DNA of 59,736 nucleotides, counting the filler, from Basidiobolus ranarum (Eukaryota): the NCBI GenBank assembly GCA_040143965.1. It is 6 parts of 6 records of this genome, joined end to end, with 100 filler letters (N's around TTAATTAATTAA, not from the genome) between each part and the next. Parts side by side here need not be neighbours in the genome. Positions count along the whole stretch, not along the records: positions 19,966 to 29,843 come from JASJQH010007645.1; positions 29,944 to 39,818 come from JASJQH010007646.1; 4 more parts are not named here. One strand, 5' to 3'. Both the position numbers and the translations under genes were made by a program. The notes under the pieces are model-generated. The model did no database searches. It was not told where the DNA came from and saw nothing but the letters and a program-made list of their open reading frames with translations. Of the stretch, positions 24,450-37,774 are shown one piece after another (position 1 is the first letter of the stretch; every line of letters begins with the position of its first letter).

Positions 24450-27408
24450 GAGATACAATGTAAATTACTGCAGAAACCTGATGATTCAAATAAGATTAAC
24501 ATTCATTGATAAGATTTTATCCCTAACAAAAATACAATTGAATTGATCCAGATTGGATCCACCCTCCAAAATAGCAAAACTGTCAGAGAACCATGTTTGA
24601 ATATTGATCCTCAAATTTGGCATGCTTTATTCATTATCCAGCAATTTTTGCAAAAATATAATTTTTGACTGGTAAATTACTGGGTTTACTGCTCTAGGAA
24701 TTTGATTTAATACGCATGCCTTGATTTAGATATTTTAGGCTTTGAATTCCAGCCATAATGAGAATCAAAATATACAAGAATCTTATTGTGTTTAGTCTCT
24801 ACATATGCACATACTTGACTGATTAGACATAACTCCACAGCATTAATATGCTTTACCAGCAAACTAATGGTGGAGAAAAGCTAAACATCTGAGTTTTTGA
24901 ATAGCACTGACACTTGGCAAATAGCTGACTCTTGTTATCATTCACAATAAGAATAAGCTCTTGGATTTTGGCAAATTTCCATGATGAATTCAGCCAATAT
25001 ATCCCCAACTTGCAGTCAACTAATGTCCTGACACAAGTAGATGTGTCATTGCTTGAATAGATTACCCCATGGCTAAGACAATAATTCTCCATAACTCCAT
25101 CTATCTCACCAAAAAGTCTGTCTTGCAGCTTTCCTAAAAATCAGTCAGATTATCACACAAGCAAATTAGTCCAATTATAGAGGTACTTACTTTATGTCCA
25201 TCAATGGGGCTTTGTTGCTGTTATTGTGCTCAAAGAATGCAAAAACCCATTAGCACATTGAAAAGAGCCCTTTGTTGGCAGGTTAATTTGCTCTGGAGTC
25301 TCCTTAACCCATTGCATCATATCCATCACTGATTTTGCTGATACACTGTAAATCAGATTACCATGCAGTAATATCGACAATTTCACACAGAGCTTCATTG
25401 CACTGCAGAGGTGCTCCATGAGGAACTCCCAGAATGTATAGCAAGGGCCTATAATCTCTAAGCATTGTGAAAGATGCAGCAGGGAATGTATTGAATACTA
25501 GCATAGATTTACTCTATCTTTAAACTTTTAATAAAGAATTTCATATCCAATTACAAAATCTTTGCACAATTGCTGTATCTGCCTGAGATCTGCCAATGTG
25601 AGTTGATGCCATATGAATATATTAACAATATTGACAAACAACTCCCAATGTTGCCATTACTCATCAGGCAGAAATCTTTCAAAATTCCACTTGAATATAC
25701 AAATCCAATACCTCCTGTCTTTGCATTTGTATAAGGACCTAGATGAGTGGATATTGATGGAAGTCCTGGTAAAATATGATGGCTACTTGATATTTTCAAG
25801 CATTTTCCCACTCAATTCAAGCTTTGATCCTATCTCAAATGGCTCATTCATGTAGAATTTTCCACCATAGAGTGGAGCACGTAGTATTGGAATGTTGTTG
25901 AATAGTAAGTGCATAGTGCCTGATGGGAACCTCTGGCTCCAGCTGATTCCTTTTAGCTATATAATCTCAGGCTTATGGTTAATACCAAGTTTGATGTTAG
26001 ACCAACTATTTGGTGAATTGATAGCAGTTATCATAGTGAAATCTGACCAGGCTCTTGATGGTAAAATCATGAAGTTTAGTGTAGTATTTGGACAGTAGTA
26101 ATGCATATGCCTGTTAGAGTAAACTCCATTGATTTGACAAAATCTACAGCAAGATAGTGCATTGTGCTCACAAAAACCTCCAACTTTACTGATGGCAGGA
26201 GTGCCACCAATACATACAATGATATTAGCTTTAATAAAATATTCACCCATCTGAACCCCATTAGATAACCATTCAAATGCCACAATCAAAGGCTCCAAGG
26301 AGCCATCTATAAGCACAGATGATTTAGGTCCAGATATGATGGATAGTATCAAGATATTATGACTCTTATACCATTTAAAAGGAGGAGGATTTAAGTTGAT
26401 TAAGATTATTGGCAAGCAAGCCTTTCCAATGGTATATTTGTTTAGTGAGAAACCATCCAGAGCCAATGCAAATGCTTGATTATACATGTTCTCAAAGAAA
26501 CCTTGACTTTTCAGACTCTGGTAGTGTAATCCATCAAGTATATTGGTAATACCATCAGCTTTAGAGTGAGTACTTTGGTACTGGATCAATCATCTATATT
26601 TGGGTGATTTCATCAAAACTTTAACACAGGGAATCAATGGTATATAAGCCAAACATGAGTGATATTTACCTGATTCAGTGATTGCCAATTGTGTGCAAAC
26701 AGTACATGACTTCAAATTTCTCAGATCACCAGTTAAAGCCAAACATCCATTTGGACATGAAGGTAGCTTAATTACTGAAGGATTATAATTCATACAATTG
26801 ACAAGTGTTTTCCACTTGTACCAGGTCTGCAGCAAGCAACAGCTGCCACTCAAATATGGTAAAAGTGTAAGAAAACCAATAAAAACCTGGTTGCTAAGAT
26901 TGAATTGAACTCTCCACTCCTCAATAATCAAAGCTGCTTGCTTTACAGTAAGTGTTATGAGTGGACTAATGTTTGCCAATAACAAAGAGTCTATAACAAA
27001 ACCATTGTCTTCTTCTTCAACTTCAGATATACAACCATTGGTACTGGAATAACCAAGGTCAACAACTAGCAGCAAGTCCACAAAGTTGTCTGGACTTCTT
27101 GGTTTGATCAAAGTTGCATTTTGACCTACATCAGTCTGGTCATATAACTTTGGTAACTCCACAGTATCTTGACTTTGGGCAGTGTTTCCAAAACTTTGCG
27201 GCAAACTACAGTCAGTAGACTCAATGGTCAAAGCTAAAGTCAATTTAGTGCACTTATTGCTGTTGTTATACACCAGGCTTTGAGCAGCTGATGGCTTTGT
27301 ACAGTGACTATGCTGGTGATTAATGTTTCTGTGAGACCTCTGGCTTTCATAGCAGAAGAATTTGTGACAATAACAGTGGGGCTGCTTACAACATTTGTGT
27401 TGTGGCAT
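24450..27408 (-). mobile_element. CACTA/En-Spm (Tnp2-family) transposase pseudogene
   Basis: Motifs include SCPNGC..CTVC..YIPL, ILDGLHYQSLKSQGFF..AFALALDGF, PIILINLNPPP..NILILSIISGPK, GGTPAISKVGGFCEHNALSCCRFC and GPCYTFWEFLMEHLC. Scattered stops are present, including one at 26590-26592. Confidence 0.82.
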
Positions 27409-28444
27409 GAAAAGGATATTGTAGGAAAAAGAACACCTCCTATGTAAAGGTGGTATTTTAGATATAGCCCATCAATATCATCAGCTGATTCTGAGATGGT
27501 GTTACAAATGAGTCATCAGGGTATTTACAAGATATTCCTGGTAATGGATGGCAATTTTGGTTTATTATAAGCTGTTTCCAAGCAATCTCTTTACACCTAG
27601 TTTACCATCTGAAATTTCAATGCCATTCAAAAACATTCAAAATCTAAATCAAAATTGGCTTCCAAGCCCAAGCCTGCTGGCACAAAAGGAAAAAAACCAG
27701 CAAGAACAGAGGACTTCATTGATGAGTAGTCTAGCAATCCACTATCCACTTTGGAAGGCATTAACATGCTGGGAACTAACTCAAGTAATGATGAAGCATC
27801 AACCAATTTACCAGATATGTTCCTTTCCAGCAATAGTGCAAGTGAAGAGATTGTAATCCCCCAATTACATAGCAAATCAATAGATGAGGAAACCTCAACC
27901 AAAAACCATCAAACCATCAACTTTCAAAATGGCTACTTTTATCACTATTGAACAACCCTCCATAGAAAATTTGGATGGAATTATTACAACAAGGGAATTG
28001 CAGGCATAACACCATAATGATTTTATGCAATCATATGTAAAAACTACAAAGTTGCTATTAAGGCCATGACAAGCAATAATGCCACAATATTGCAATTGAT
28101 GCTGCATATGGAAGCTACTAGTCAACAGTTAGAGAGTCACTCAACAATGATACAAGACCTTCATAATGCTGTACTTGAGCTACAGCAACATGCCACTCCC
28201 TCCATCCATTCTCATACAGGATTGCAATCAGTCCCACACCATGAATATGAATGTTACCGTGACAATCTAACAGAGCAGAATATGTGTTGGAACATTAAGC
28301 CTACACAACAACCTAAAATTGCTTGGGCACATGAAAGTAGCAATCTCATAGAAAAACTGGTAAATCAAAAGACTCTGAATGTCAGAGCTGCTGTCATTTG
28401 CTCTGATGATGAGTGGTTTTAAATTTTGCAAACTGTGTGGAATC

Positions 28445-28727
28445 TGTTGAAATTATTTAGGGAGAAATATTGGGCTGGCCAGGATTTGAACCTGGGACCT
28501 CTTTCACTCTAGCAAGGTGCTCTAACCACTGAGCTACCAGTCCTTGTATGCTTTGCCTATATTGCTAGGGAACCTTAACCTAGTCTGTCAATTCATGGTA
28601 CTTTGGCATTTCCACTTTACAAGCAACTGATTGGCATTTCCACTTTGTGTTCAGATGTAGTCACCATACTCCACATTTTCCTCTTTGGGAATTACTGCTT
28701 GTATCACAAGTCACCAGACTTTCAACA
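28445..28727. mobile_element. 283-bp solo-LTR-like element containing a tRNA-like sequence
   Basis: Perfect 8-bp inverted ends TGTTGAAA...TTTCAACA, with a 5-bp TSD GAATC at 28440-28444 and 28728-28732. Confidence 0.85.
28471..28543 (-). tRNA. tRNA-like sequence or tRNA pseudogene (73 nt; nominal anticodon AGA but short variable loop)
   Basis: GGACTGG TA GCTC AGTGGTTA GAGC A CCTTG CTAGAGT GAAAG AGGTC CCAGG TTCAAAT CCTGG CCAGCCC A. The D and T arms and A/B boxes are intact; the acceptor stem has 1 mismatch and the anticodon stem has 2. Confidence 0.7.
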
Positions 28728-29843
28728 GAATCTTGCCCAAAAGCACCTGGATTTGAGCCAATTGTGGAAAAACCAAAAACCAGATATTACTCTGAAGATT
28801 CTTGATTTATTTCATGTGGCTTATCCTGTGTTTTTGCAAGCAAATGGCAATTGGGCAAGTATAGGCCTATTTATGAAACATCTCAAAAATCTATGCAATC
28901 ATTGACTTGGAAAAGAAAGAAAAGCAGCTAACAAAATACTCAAGGAGCAGGAAGTTAGTAAACTCAAGGGAAAAGCTAAGGAGTCAGTGAGTTTAGGATC
29001 AACTATCTCACTTACCAAATTCTTCACACCATTACAAAGATCTGCATTTCTAGAGTCAGATATACAGACAAAAAAACTCAATATTGCCATGGAAGCAGGT
29101 ACACCTGTTGGAAGAGTGCTAAATTTGGAAGTTTATCCAACACCTGGCACCTCTCAACAAGCCAAACACCAGCAAATATAACTCATGGCTCTCCAGCCTC
29201 AACCGGTACTCTTCAAAGTGTTGAAATTAGCCCCAAAGTTAAAGGCAAGCAAAAAGCCACATAAACACCACAAAGCACCCTTGGTAGTGTCACACTACAA
29301 GGATGTACAAAAATAGCCAAAGTGTTTGGGAGTATTTTCAAAAGTATGGAGGGAAAACTCAGTGCAAGTATGCAGAAAGTGGCTTCAGAAGAAGAACATT
29401 CAACTTGACATTTGGTCTGGTGTTGACTGTGCACATATTGGGGAAGAACTTAATACAGAGTGGCACAATATTGCAGGGTATCTGCCAGATAGATGTAAGA
29501 ATGTTGATTCAGCAATGTTAATACAATGGTGTGCTTTGATGGAGATATTGATACAAACTTGTGTTGGGTAAGAGCTAAACCTTGGGTATTAAGTACTCTA
29601 TAAAAATATACAGGATAATTTATCATAGAGACTAGGGATTTTTTAGGTGACAAATCAGCATTGAAGTGGTAATTGTTTAACATTTGAGTTATGTTTTTTG
29701 TACATGTGTTGATCCATAGTTTTCTGAGATTGTAGCCAATCATTTGCAACTATTTTGCAAGATCTTGAAATTTCACTCCTGAAACTGAAAAAATTGATTA
29801 AAATCAAATCTAACTTGACAATTTTATGATGGTAAGTAAACAG

Positions 29844-29943
29844 NNNNNNNNNNNNNNNNNNNNNNNNNNNNNNNNNNNNNNNNNNNNTTAATTAATTAAN
29901 NNNNNNNNNNNNNNNNNNNNNNNNNNNNNNNNNNNNNNNNNNN
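29844..29943. other. Artificial contig-joining spacer 3
   Basis: Same linker. It truncates the NRPS that runs into it. Confidence 0.98.
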
Positions 29944-32900
29944 TACAATCATGAATACTGATTTATCAAGACAGAGTGGCACCATCGATTCTGGACAAAC
30001 ACCGAGATTGATCAAATGATGAGCCAGTTTGTTGGCCCGTTGGTTGAGTTGTGCATAGGTAAAGTATTCTGTCGTTTCAAACTGTACTGCTATGTTCTCT
30101 GGATGGAGTAATACAGTTTGTTCATACAACGAATGAATACATATCGTCTTTACATCATCTCTCAGTGAAGCTTCTTCAGATGCGATACTTTTCCCGACGA
30201 CATTGGTATGAAAATCTTCAAAGCGCTCTTTCATCTGCAACTTATTCGTTGTGAAAGATTTGATTAAGTCACTTTCAGTAGAAGACATGGCTGGAATGCA
30301 CCCCATTTTAACTTCATTATCTACGCCGATGATCGCAACGATCACAACATTCAATCGATCTAACAGGCAACTTGCCAGTTTGTTCGTTAGTGTATCCTGA
30401 TTATAGTCTAATCGAAAACAAAGTTTTTCATTCTCCGTCCAAGCATTTAGGCAAAGTCTATATTCGGTAGGTTCTATTATTTGTTCCGCCTCAAAGGTCA
30501 CCAGATGCTTGCTATCAAGCTCCACACTATCTTTAGCTGGCATTTGAAAATTGAGAATCGCATCAAATTCTACAGAGTTTTCTGTGAGCCGGCACCATTG
30601 CTTAATCCTTTGTAAAGCACAATTTTCAAAAGGTATTCTTGATATCGTATGTTGATGGATTCCTCGCAACCAATGTAGTACTGTATCATCTTCATTGTAT
30701 TGGATTCTAAATGGCAAGGTATTGATACATGGGCCAACAACTTGATCGATATGTTTCATCGGTATATTACGACCATTGGTGATAATTCCATATATAAAGT
30801 CATCCTTTTCGTAATAAGGTCGTAGTATCAAACCCCAAGCTGCTTGTAGAAGAGTTAGTATAGTAATACCCGATTTTTGAGAGAAATCTTTCAAAATCTG
30901 TGTAGGAATTTCACAGTTGGATGAAAACTGGAGACATTTGACGTGAGGACCCATATTACCGAGCTTTGGAAAGTTGCAAGGTTGTATGTCGGCCAAGTAA
31001 GTTGCCCAATAATCGGACGCTTTTTCATTGTTGAACGATTCACCTTCTTGGATACAGAATGAAATGTAGTTTTTGTAGGGGATGAACCCTGGTCTTGTGA
31101 AGTTGTTGTAAGTGGCATCCAAAACAGCCATTGTTATTTTATCCGACCAACCATCATTAATAGCATGATGGCGACTAATTATCATTCGATTTCTTACTCC
31201 ATGCATCAAGCACAAGCGTATATTAGGTTTACCTAGTGGGAATCCTTGTGTTATATCGTCTTCAAGATATCTCTTCAAACGAATGTCGTTTTCCTCATTG
31301 TCTGTGAATATATGGCTTATCTCTATGTAGAAGTGTCGCAGGATGATTTGAAGGAATGTCCCTGGAATCGTCGCAGTATGCGGATTGGTAATAAATACTG
31401 TCCTTAATATTGGTAGATCTCGAATTGTACTTTTCCAAGCAGAGAGAAGCCTGTCAGAATCCACTCCACAAGGCAAATTATAAATATCTTGTACGTGGTA
31501 AAAGGAGGCTGATCGAATATTTCCAATGATAAGGCCTTCCTGTATAGGCGAGCAAGGATATAAATCTTCAATATTCTGCACCAGATCATCACCATAATGA
31601 GTTGATATATGCCTCATGAGTTTGTCTAACTGACATCCATTTAAATTTAGCAAAGGAATATCAGAGACCGTTAGCTCTCTTTCCTTTTTGTTTGCACAAA
31701 TAGCAATAATTTCCATCATATTTCTCCGCCAAGACTGTAGCCACTGATTGATCTGGGTATCTTGATGAAGCTCATTACTATAGGATATCGAGGCACACAA
31801 GTGATTACGCTGTATTGTGACCTCAACTTCGATGGCATTCATTCTTCTCCATTTGGGGCCACACATGTTCAAGTCGACTGTGTACTCGTTATCAACTTCT
31901 TGAAATAGAGAGTCACTCTTCTCTAAATACTGAAATCGCCCGAAATAGTTGAAGCCCACCTGCATGCTATCACTGCTATAGCTTGACGATTGTTCTTTAT
32001 TTAAGTAGCGTAGAAGACCGTAGGTAAAGCCGTTGTTAGGAATGGTCCTGCGTGTATCCTTGGTCTGCTTCAGTACATCTATAATAGTGTCCTCTGGGTT
32101 GCTTTCGATAGTAATAGGATATATCGAAGTGAACCAGCCAACGGTTCGAGAGATATCGAGTGAATCATCCCACGGTTCGCGACCGTGACCTTCAGTTGCG
32201 ATTGTAATCGAATTTACATTAAATGTTTCACAATACGAGGCTGAAAGAGCGGAAAGCATGATATCCACTGCTTCGGTACTGTAAGCATCATTACTACGGC
32301 CAAATAATAGATCCGTATGTTCGCTATCTAGAGTAAACGATAAAGTGTTCACCGTTTCCATGGTATTTAAGGATAACTTGGATGTATCAATGTTTAAAGG
32401 TTGTATTGCTATATTTTTTGGCCAGTCTTCAGAATTCAATGACTCAGCATGAGTCTTTAAATGCTTGCTCCAGTTCCTGAATGACAGTGTTTTGTAAGGC
32501 AGTGATTGTCCGTTGAGTAATCTTTCTAGGTCTTCCCAAATAATACGCCACGAAACTAGATCTATAATATAATGATGAATTGTCATGAACATCAACTGTT
32601 TACCACTAGGGAGATCATAAAGTATAAAGGAGGATACTGGTCCCGTTTCGATATTAATACGTTGTTGCACCTGTGATATATTTGCTTTCAGCTCTTCGAT
32701 GTTGTAAATCCGGGCTTGTTGAACCTGCGTGTTGCTCTGCTCATTGCTCGCTAACCATTGTCTCCAACTTCCATTTTCGCAAGAGAAGCGAGCTCTCAAT
32801 ATATCATGATGACTTATAAGTTTATAGAGAGCTTCTTTTAATGCGGGTGTTTCTATAGAATGTCGCATCCTGACCAACCACGATAAATGAAAATGATGGA

Positions 32901-35575
32901 TATTTGGTTGCATAACTTCGAAAAATTGATGTTGAATCGGAGTCAGTGGAATATCAGTTCCTTCGTCGTGGATCTCCTCTATCTTTTGTTTCTCTAACGC
33001 AAAGGGCGTAAACTGGGTATAATTTACAAGCTGATGTATAGTCGGATGTTGTAGAATACTGTGAACAGATACTTCTACTCCTTTCTGACGACATTGTGAG
33101 GATATCTGAATTGCAGAAATAGAATCACCACCCAAGTGATAAAATGAGTTCCCAGTACCTATAGACGATTTCTCTACATTCAGTACATCACTCCAAACTT
33201 CTTGCAATAGCTTTTCCATGGGGGATGAAGGTGAGTCTGTTACCTCTTTCACATCTCGTTTGAAGTTCCCACTTCTATATAGCATCTCTAGCATTTTGAA
33301 GTCCACTTTCCCGCTTGTATTAACTGGCATTCGTGTTAGAGGTATCCATACAGTTGGAACCATATATTGTGGTAATTTCTTTCGTACTAGATCTTGAACT
33401 TCAACGAGCGCCGAAAGATATTCATCTTGAATAATCGAAATTGCTTCACCTTCCGAGATAGTACTTTCGAAAGTCAAGAAAGCTACTAGGGCCTTGTTCT
33501 TCGTGGATTCCTTATTCAGAAGCCTTACCGAAGCCCTACTGACATGAATAGATTCATTTAATGCGTACTCTATCTCTTCTATTTCGATCCTTAAACCATT
33601 TAGCTTAACTTGGTTATCTTTACGGCCAAGAATGGTGATCGAGCCATCAGGATTAAATCTTCCCAAATCCCCAGATTTGTACAAACGTTCCCCAGCAGAG
33701 AACGGAGAGCATACGAAGGATTTTTCTGTAAGTTTAGGCCTATTCAAATAACCTCGAGCAAGTTGGGGACCTCCAATACAAAGTTCACCTACTGCTCCTA
33801 AAGGGATCAGTTCCAATTTATCGTTAAGGATATAGACTTTGTTGCGGCCCATCGGCCAGCCAATATTAGTGCATGAAGTCGATTGTTTCACTAAATTATT
33901 TACAATAGCATATACAGTTGTTTCAGTTGGGCCGTAACCGTTATAGAATTTTACTTCACCAGCCCAAGCATTGCGGACGTTTTTTGTGAGCATCTCACCA
34001 CCCTGTTGAAGTAGCTTAAGCGTAGGGACTTCTTTCGGATTCAACAGAGCGGCAACAGTCGTAGTTAATTGTGCTGCGGTAACCTTCATGAGACAAGCCA
34101 TCTTGGATAGATTTGTAAGTAGATTACTCTTTGAAGCTAAACATATTCGAGACCCTGTGATCAGATTAACGAATATATCCAGTATCGATGCGTCAAAGGT
34201 ATAATTAGAGAACTGTAGGAAACGATCGTCCGGGGTTAAATTAAGAATTTTTTGATGCGCAATTGCGTAGTTAACGACACTACGGTGTTCCAACATTACT
34301 CCTTTGGGTTTTCCAGTAGAGCCTGAGGTGAAGATTAGGTAACAGAGATTGGAGGATATTAACTCAGGAACTATTGGATCTGATTCGGGGGCATTGTCGA
34401 GTGCAAGATCACTTCGATCCATCAATACCAGGTGAAGGTCAGACCATGCTAGAAACATGCTTTCCTGATCTTTGGTTGTAATGCAAATCTTGGCCTTGGT
34501 ATCCTCCAAAATAAATTCAATTCTTTCTCTAGGGTATTCAGCATCCAGGGGTACATAAGCCGCTCCAGCTTTTAGAACTGCCAATATACCAACTATCATA
34601 TCAATGGATTTCTCAATGCATAATGCCACCACCTCGTCAGGTACCACACCCCACAGTATAAGAGAATGGGCTAGTCTATTGGCACGTCTGTTCAACTCGG
34701 AATATGTGATCAGTTCCTTATCTTCGAATTGAAGAGCAACATTATCAGGTGAATCTTTCACTTGACTTTCGAAAAGATAGTGTATACAGGTATCATCGTT
34801 GTAATCAGATGTGTCTTTCTGCCATTCAGTCAAAAACAAGTATTTTTCTCTATCTGAAGTCCAATTCAATGCCCCCAATGGAGAATCAAGGTTATTAATC
34901 AATGTTTGAGCCACATGCAGGAACTGCTCTATAAGGAGTAGACCTTGGTCTTGTTGAAGGTAGTTGTCCGCGAATGTTAGTTGAAGATTTATGCTTTCTT
35001 CACTACGATTCCCTTCAATACAAATGGCAAACTACGGTAATAGTGATGATAAGGTTAGTATTGATAATCGAGTGTTAATGCTAGAATAAGTATACCTCGA
35101 GATTTTGGGCGTCTAGTGACTTTTCCTGATCACTGAAGATAACACATGTATTGATTTTGGTCAGATTTTCGTTGTATAAGCAATATGGACCTTCGTGAGT
35201 GAATCGAGTGTCTGCTATCTGCTTCAACCAAGTAGCAACAGGTAGACTATCGGTTTCATGACCAAAGGTTGACTGGAATATGTACAAATTATTTACACCT
35301 TTCTCGCAGAGTTGTGGGGAATGTATGTTTACGCCAAAGGCTACATCTGGATTTCCCGTGTAGTAGTGCAACAGAATTACCCAAGACGCGTATAGTATAG
35401 ATTTATCAATAGCCACTAACTCTTTCAACGCTGGATGTTCATAAACAAGACTCAAAGATATAGCCTTTGTTCTGGCAATTCGAAACGAATTGATTTTTGC
35501 TGTTTGGGTATTTTCAACATCAAGTAAGCGTGGGAATTGGCAAACACTAAGACTTGAAGAATTCATTAGGGACAT
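29944..35575 (-). CDS. Non-ribosomal peptide synthetase, 5' part: partial C - A - T - E - C - A (3' end lost at contig edge); one intron at 35032-35095
   Basis: Exon 1 is 35575-35096, followed by a GT...TACTAAC...TAG intron, then FAICIEG... in frame with the 1672-aa ORF. A motifs: YLIFTSGSTGKPKG, YGPTE, YKSGDL. T: LGGDSIS. E: HHYIIDLVSW, EGHGRE, RTVGWFT, FNYFGRF. C: HHAINDGWS. Second A start: TYAQLNQRANKLAH. Confidence 0.95.
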
Positions 35576-37774
35576 AATATTACTTAGTACAGAAATATTC
35601 GTTCGTTACTACTGATATATTTTTTGAAAGCCATCCGAAGGCACAGTTAAATATCAGATTGAGTAACATATACTCCTTAACGTTTCCGCTTTAAGGTGAT
35701 GATTTGGGGATTGTCAGGGGAGTATTAGCAGTAATAAAGCAACCTGTTCAGTCTACAGGTTTGGGGTGTATGTCGAGAGACTTGTAGGTTTCATATTGTT
35801 TCTAATTATCATTGATAGTATCTTAGTGAAAATGGAGTGCTCGAGTTGCATCGAGTCGTCACCCAATAAAACTTGAGGATAAGTTGCATATTAGAGACTT
35901 CCGTTGAAGATCGAATAGCTATTGCTCTACGTGTGATGGATCTCAGAAATCTCGTTTGCTAATACGGCTTGTGTGGATTCGATTTGGCCTTGGTAGTAAA
36001 CCAGTGTTACCCGGATTAGAACCAGATGTCAACATTGAGTGTACGTGTGGTCTTGTATCATCTGGTCATATGGAATAATTTATAGCATCATTGCCAATCC
36101 ACCACTCTGCATATTTTCTGAACTGTGCATACTATCTGCATTTTGTGTAAGAGGGTACAATACATATATGTTGAGATATTTCTTTAATTCATTTTCCAAG
36201 CATGGAGCGACATACTATTTGGTGGGGAAATCGCTTATTGACTCAGTTTTATCGATGGTGCTAAGATAAGAATGGAGAAATTGTCCTCCAAATTGGCCTG
36301 CATAATTAAAAATAGTTGCTACAATATTGGTACTGAAGTTCTCGCATGGATTATAGAGGTTAGTGAGGGGCTTAGGAGAGGTAATCCCCGGAAATAAAAT
36401 AGAAACTTGATTATTAACGGCCATTGACCTGACAAAGTTATTTGAATTTCGGAGAAAAGCACAGTCATAAAGTGGTAGGAAGACAACATTATACAAGTTA
36501 TAGCACCAAGCTAGCTTTCTCTTATAATTATGATTGAAAAGGAGTTGAAGGTTTGTCAAGAATATTCAACTAACTGGGCTGGTTCTTCAGTATAATGCTT
36601 ACAAATATAGTCATTAATCAGGAGGCAAAATTAGTGAACTCACTTATACATCAGAGTAGAATAAAATAATTATCACTCTATTCCTTCACTACCTTCAAGT
36701 GATAGTCAGCAGGATGAAAATGTTGGATATGGTGAGTATCCCCTAATTATAATGTGATAATTTGAGCTATGAGAGGATGGGTTTAATGGGTTAGCTCGGT
36801 TGCACGTTGACGATGCACGTTGACGATTACCTAATACCCACATTCACGATTTTGACCTAACCATTTCAGACCCTTTCTGATTTCCCGCTGAAACTCTAAC
36901 AGAAATACCATACACACATGTTGCTAATGTTAACTTTTTTATCCTCGTCATTTGTGGTTAATTCTGAAAATGCTGCCCTTGAATCACACTTTCTGTAACC
37001 TTAACCCTAAGTCTCATAACAGCTCCACATCGACATCATCATCATCCCTCGATCACCCATGGAATATGAGCTGTTAATATTTGTACTAACATCACTATAA
37101 TTCCAATATTTAAAAAACAAACTCTACTCTCTGGACATGTAGATTGACTTTCGGGTAAATTAAAACTCATCTTAGTGTATCCAGATTCGTGTCGGAAACA
37201 GCGAGCCGTGAGCCGATGCGGATATTAGGATCATAATCAAAAAAGACAAGATATCGAAGAATTGCGGAAAGAAATGATGGTAGTACACTGAACGTGGGAA
37301 GAGGGTACAAAGAGCACAGAAAAGGCTGCTGGGTATAATCCCCGGTGGTAAAGACGGAAAGCATTTATTGGTGATACAAGTCCACTAATTGGTATCAAAC
37401 TCAGACAAACGTTGTTTTCAGCATCATGACTAGCTACATACAAAAAAGTATATATTAAGAAGGTTTAGATTGGAAGGTACAATATACTACTTCAGATACT
37501 CAATAAAAGAACGTAACTAGTAAGTTATTTTAGTTGGCGCATTTGGCAACTTTTTTGTGCATTAATATTCTAGGGTTAGTAATACCATACAAGTATAGTA
37601 TACATATATAGCTATTTGAACTGCTGGTGCTAGTAATAGTATGTGTTTTGTAACGAAACTTGATGACAAATTATATGAAGAAAAGGAAGAGTCTTGGTGT
37701 GTCACAGAAGAAGCATTGCAAAAGAAAATCAATCGTGATTGTAGAACAAGTCATTACTGGCTAGACTATTTTAT

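Larger units (their letters stand above)
27619..29260 (+). pseudogene. Broken divergent ORF, probably the second ORF of the CACTA element, interrupted by the insertion at 28445-28727
   Basis: Fragmented ORFs at 27548, 27751, 28066, 28603 and 28987. Removing 28445-28727 and one TSD copy restores the frame (QTVWN|LAQKHLDLSQLWKNQ). Confidence 0.5.

Noticed and set aside
28471-28543. Functional tRNA-Ser(AGA)
   Set aside because: It lacks the long variable arm, has two anticodon-stem mismatches and one acceptor mismatch, and lies inside a mobile element.
36039-37443. Short ORFs between the NRPS and the hydrolase
   Set aside because: No recognisable domain or consistent splice model.
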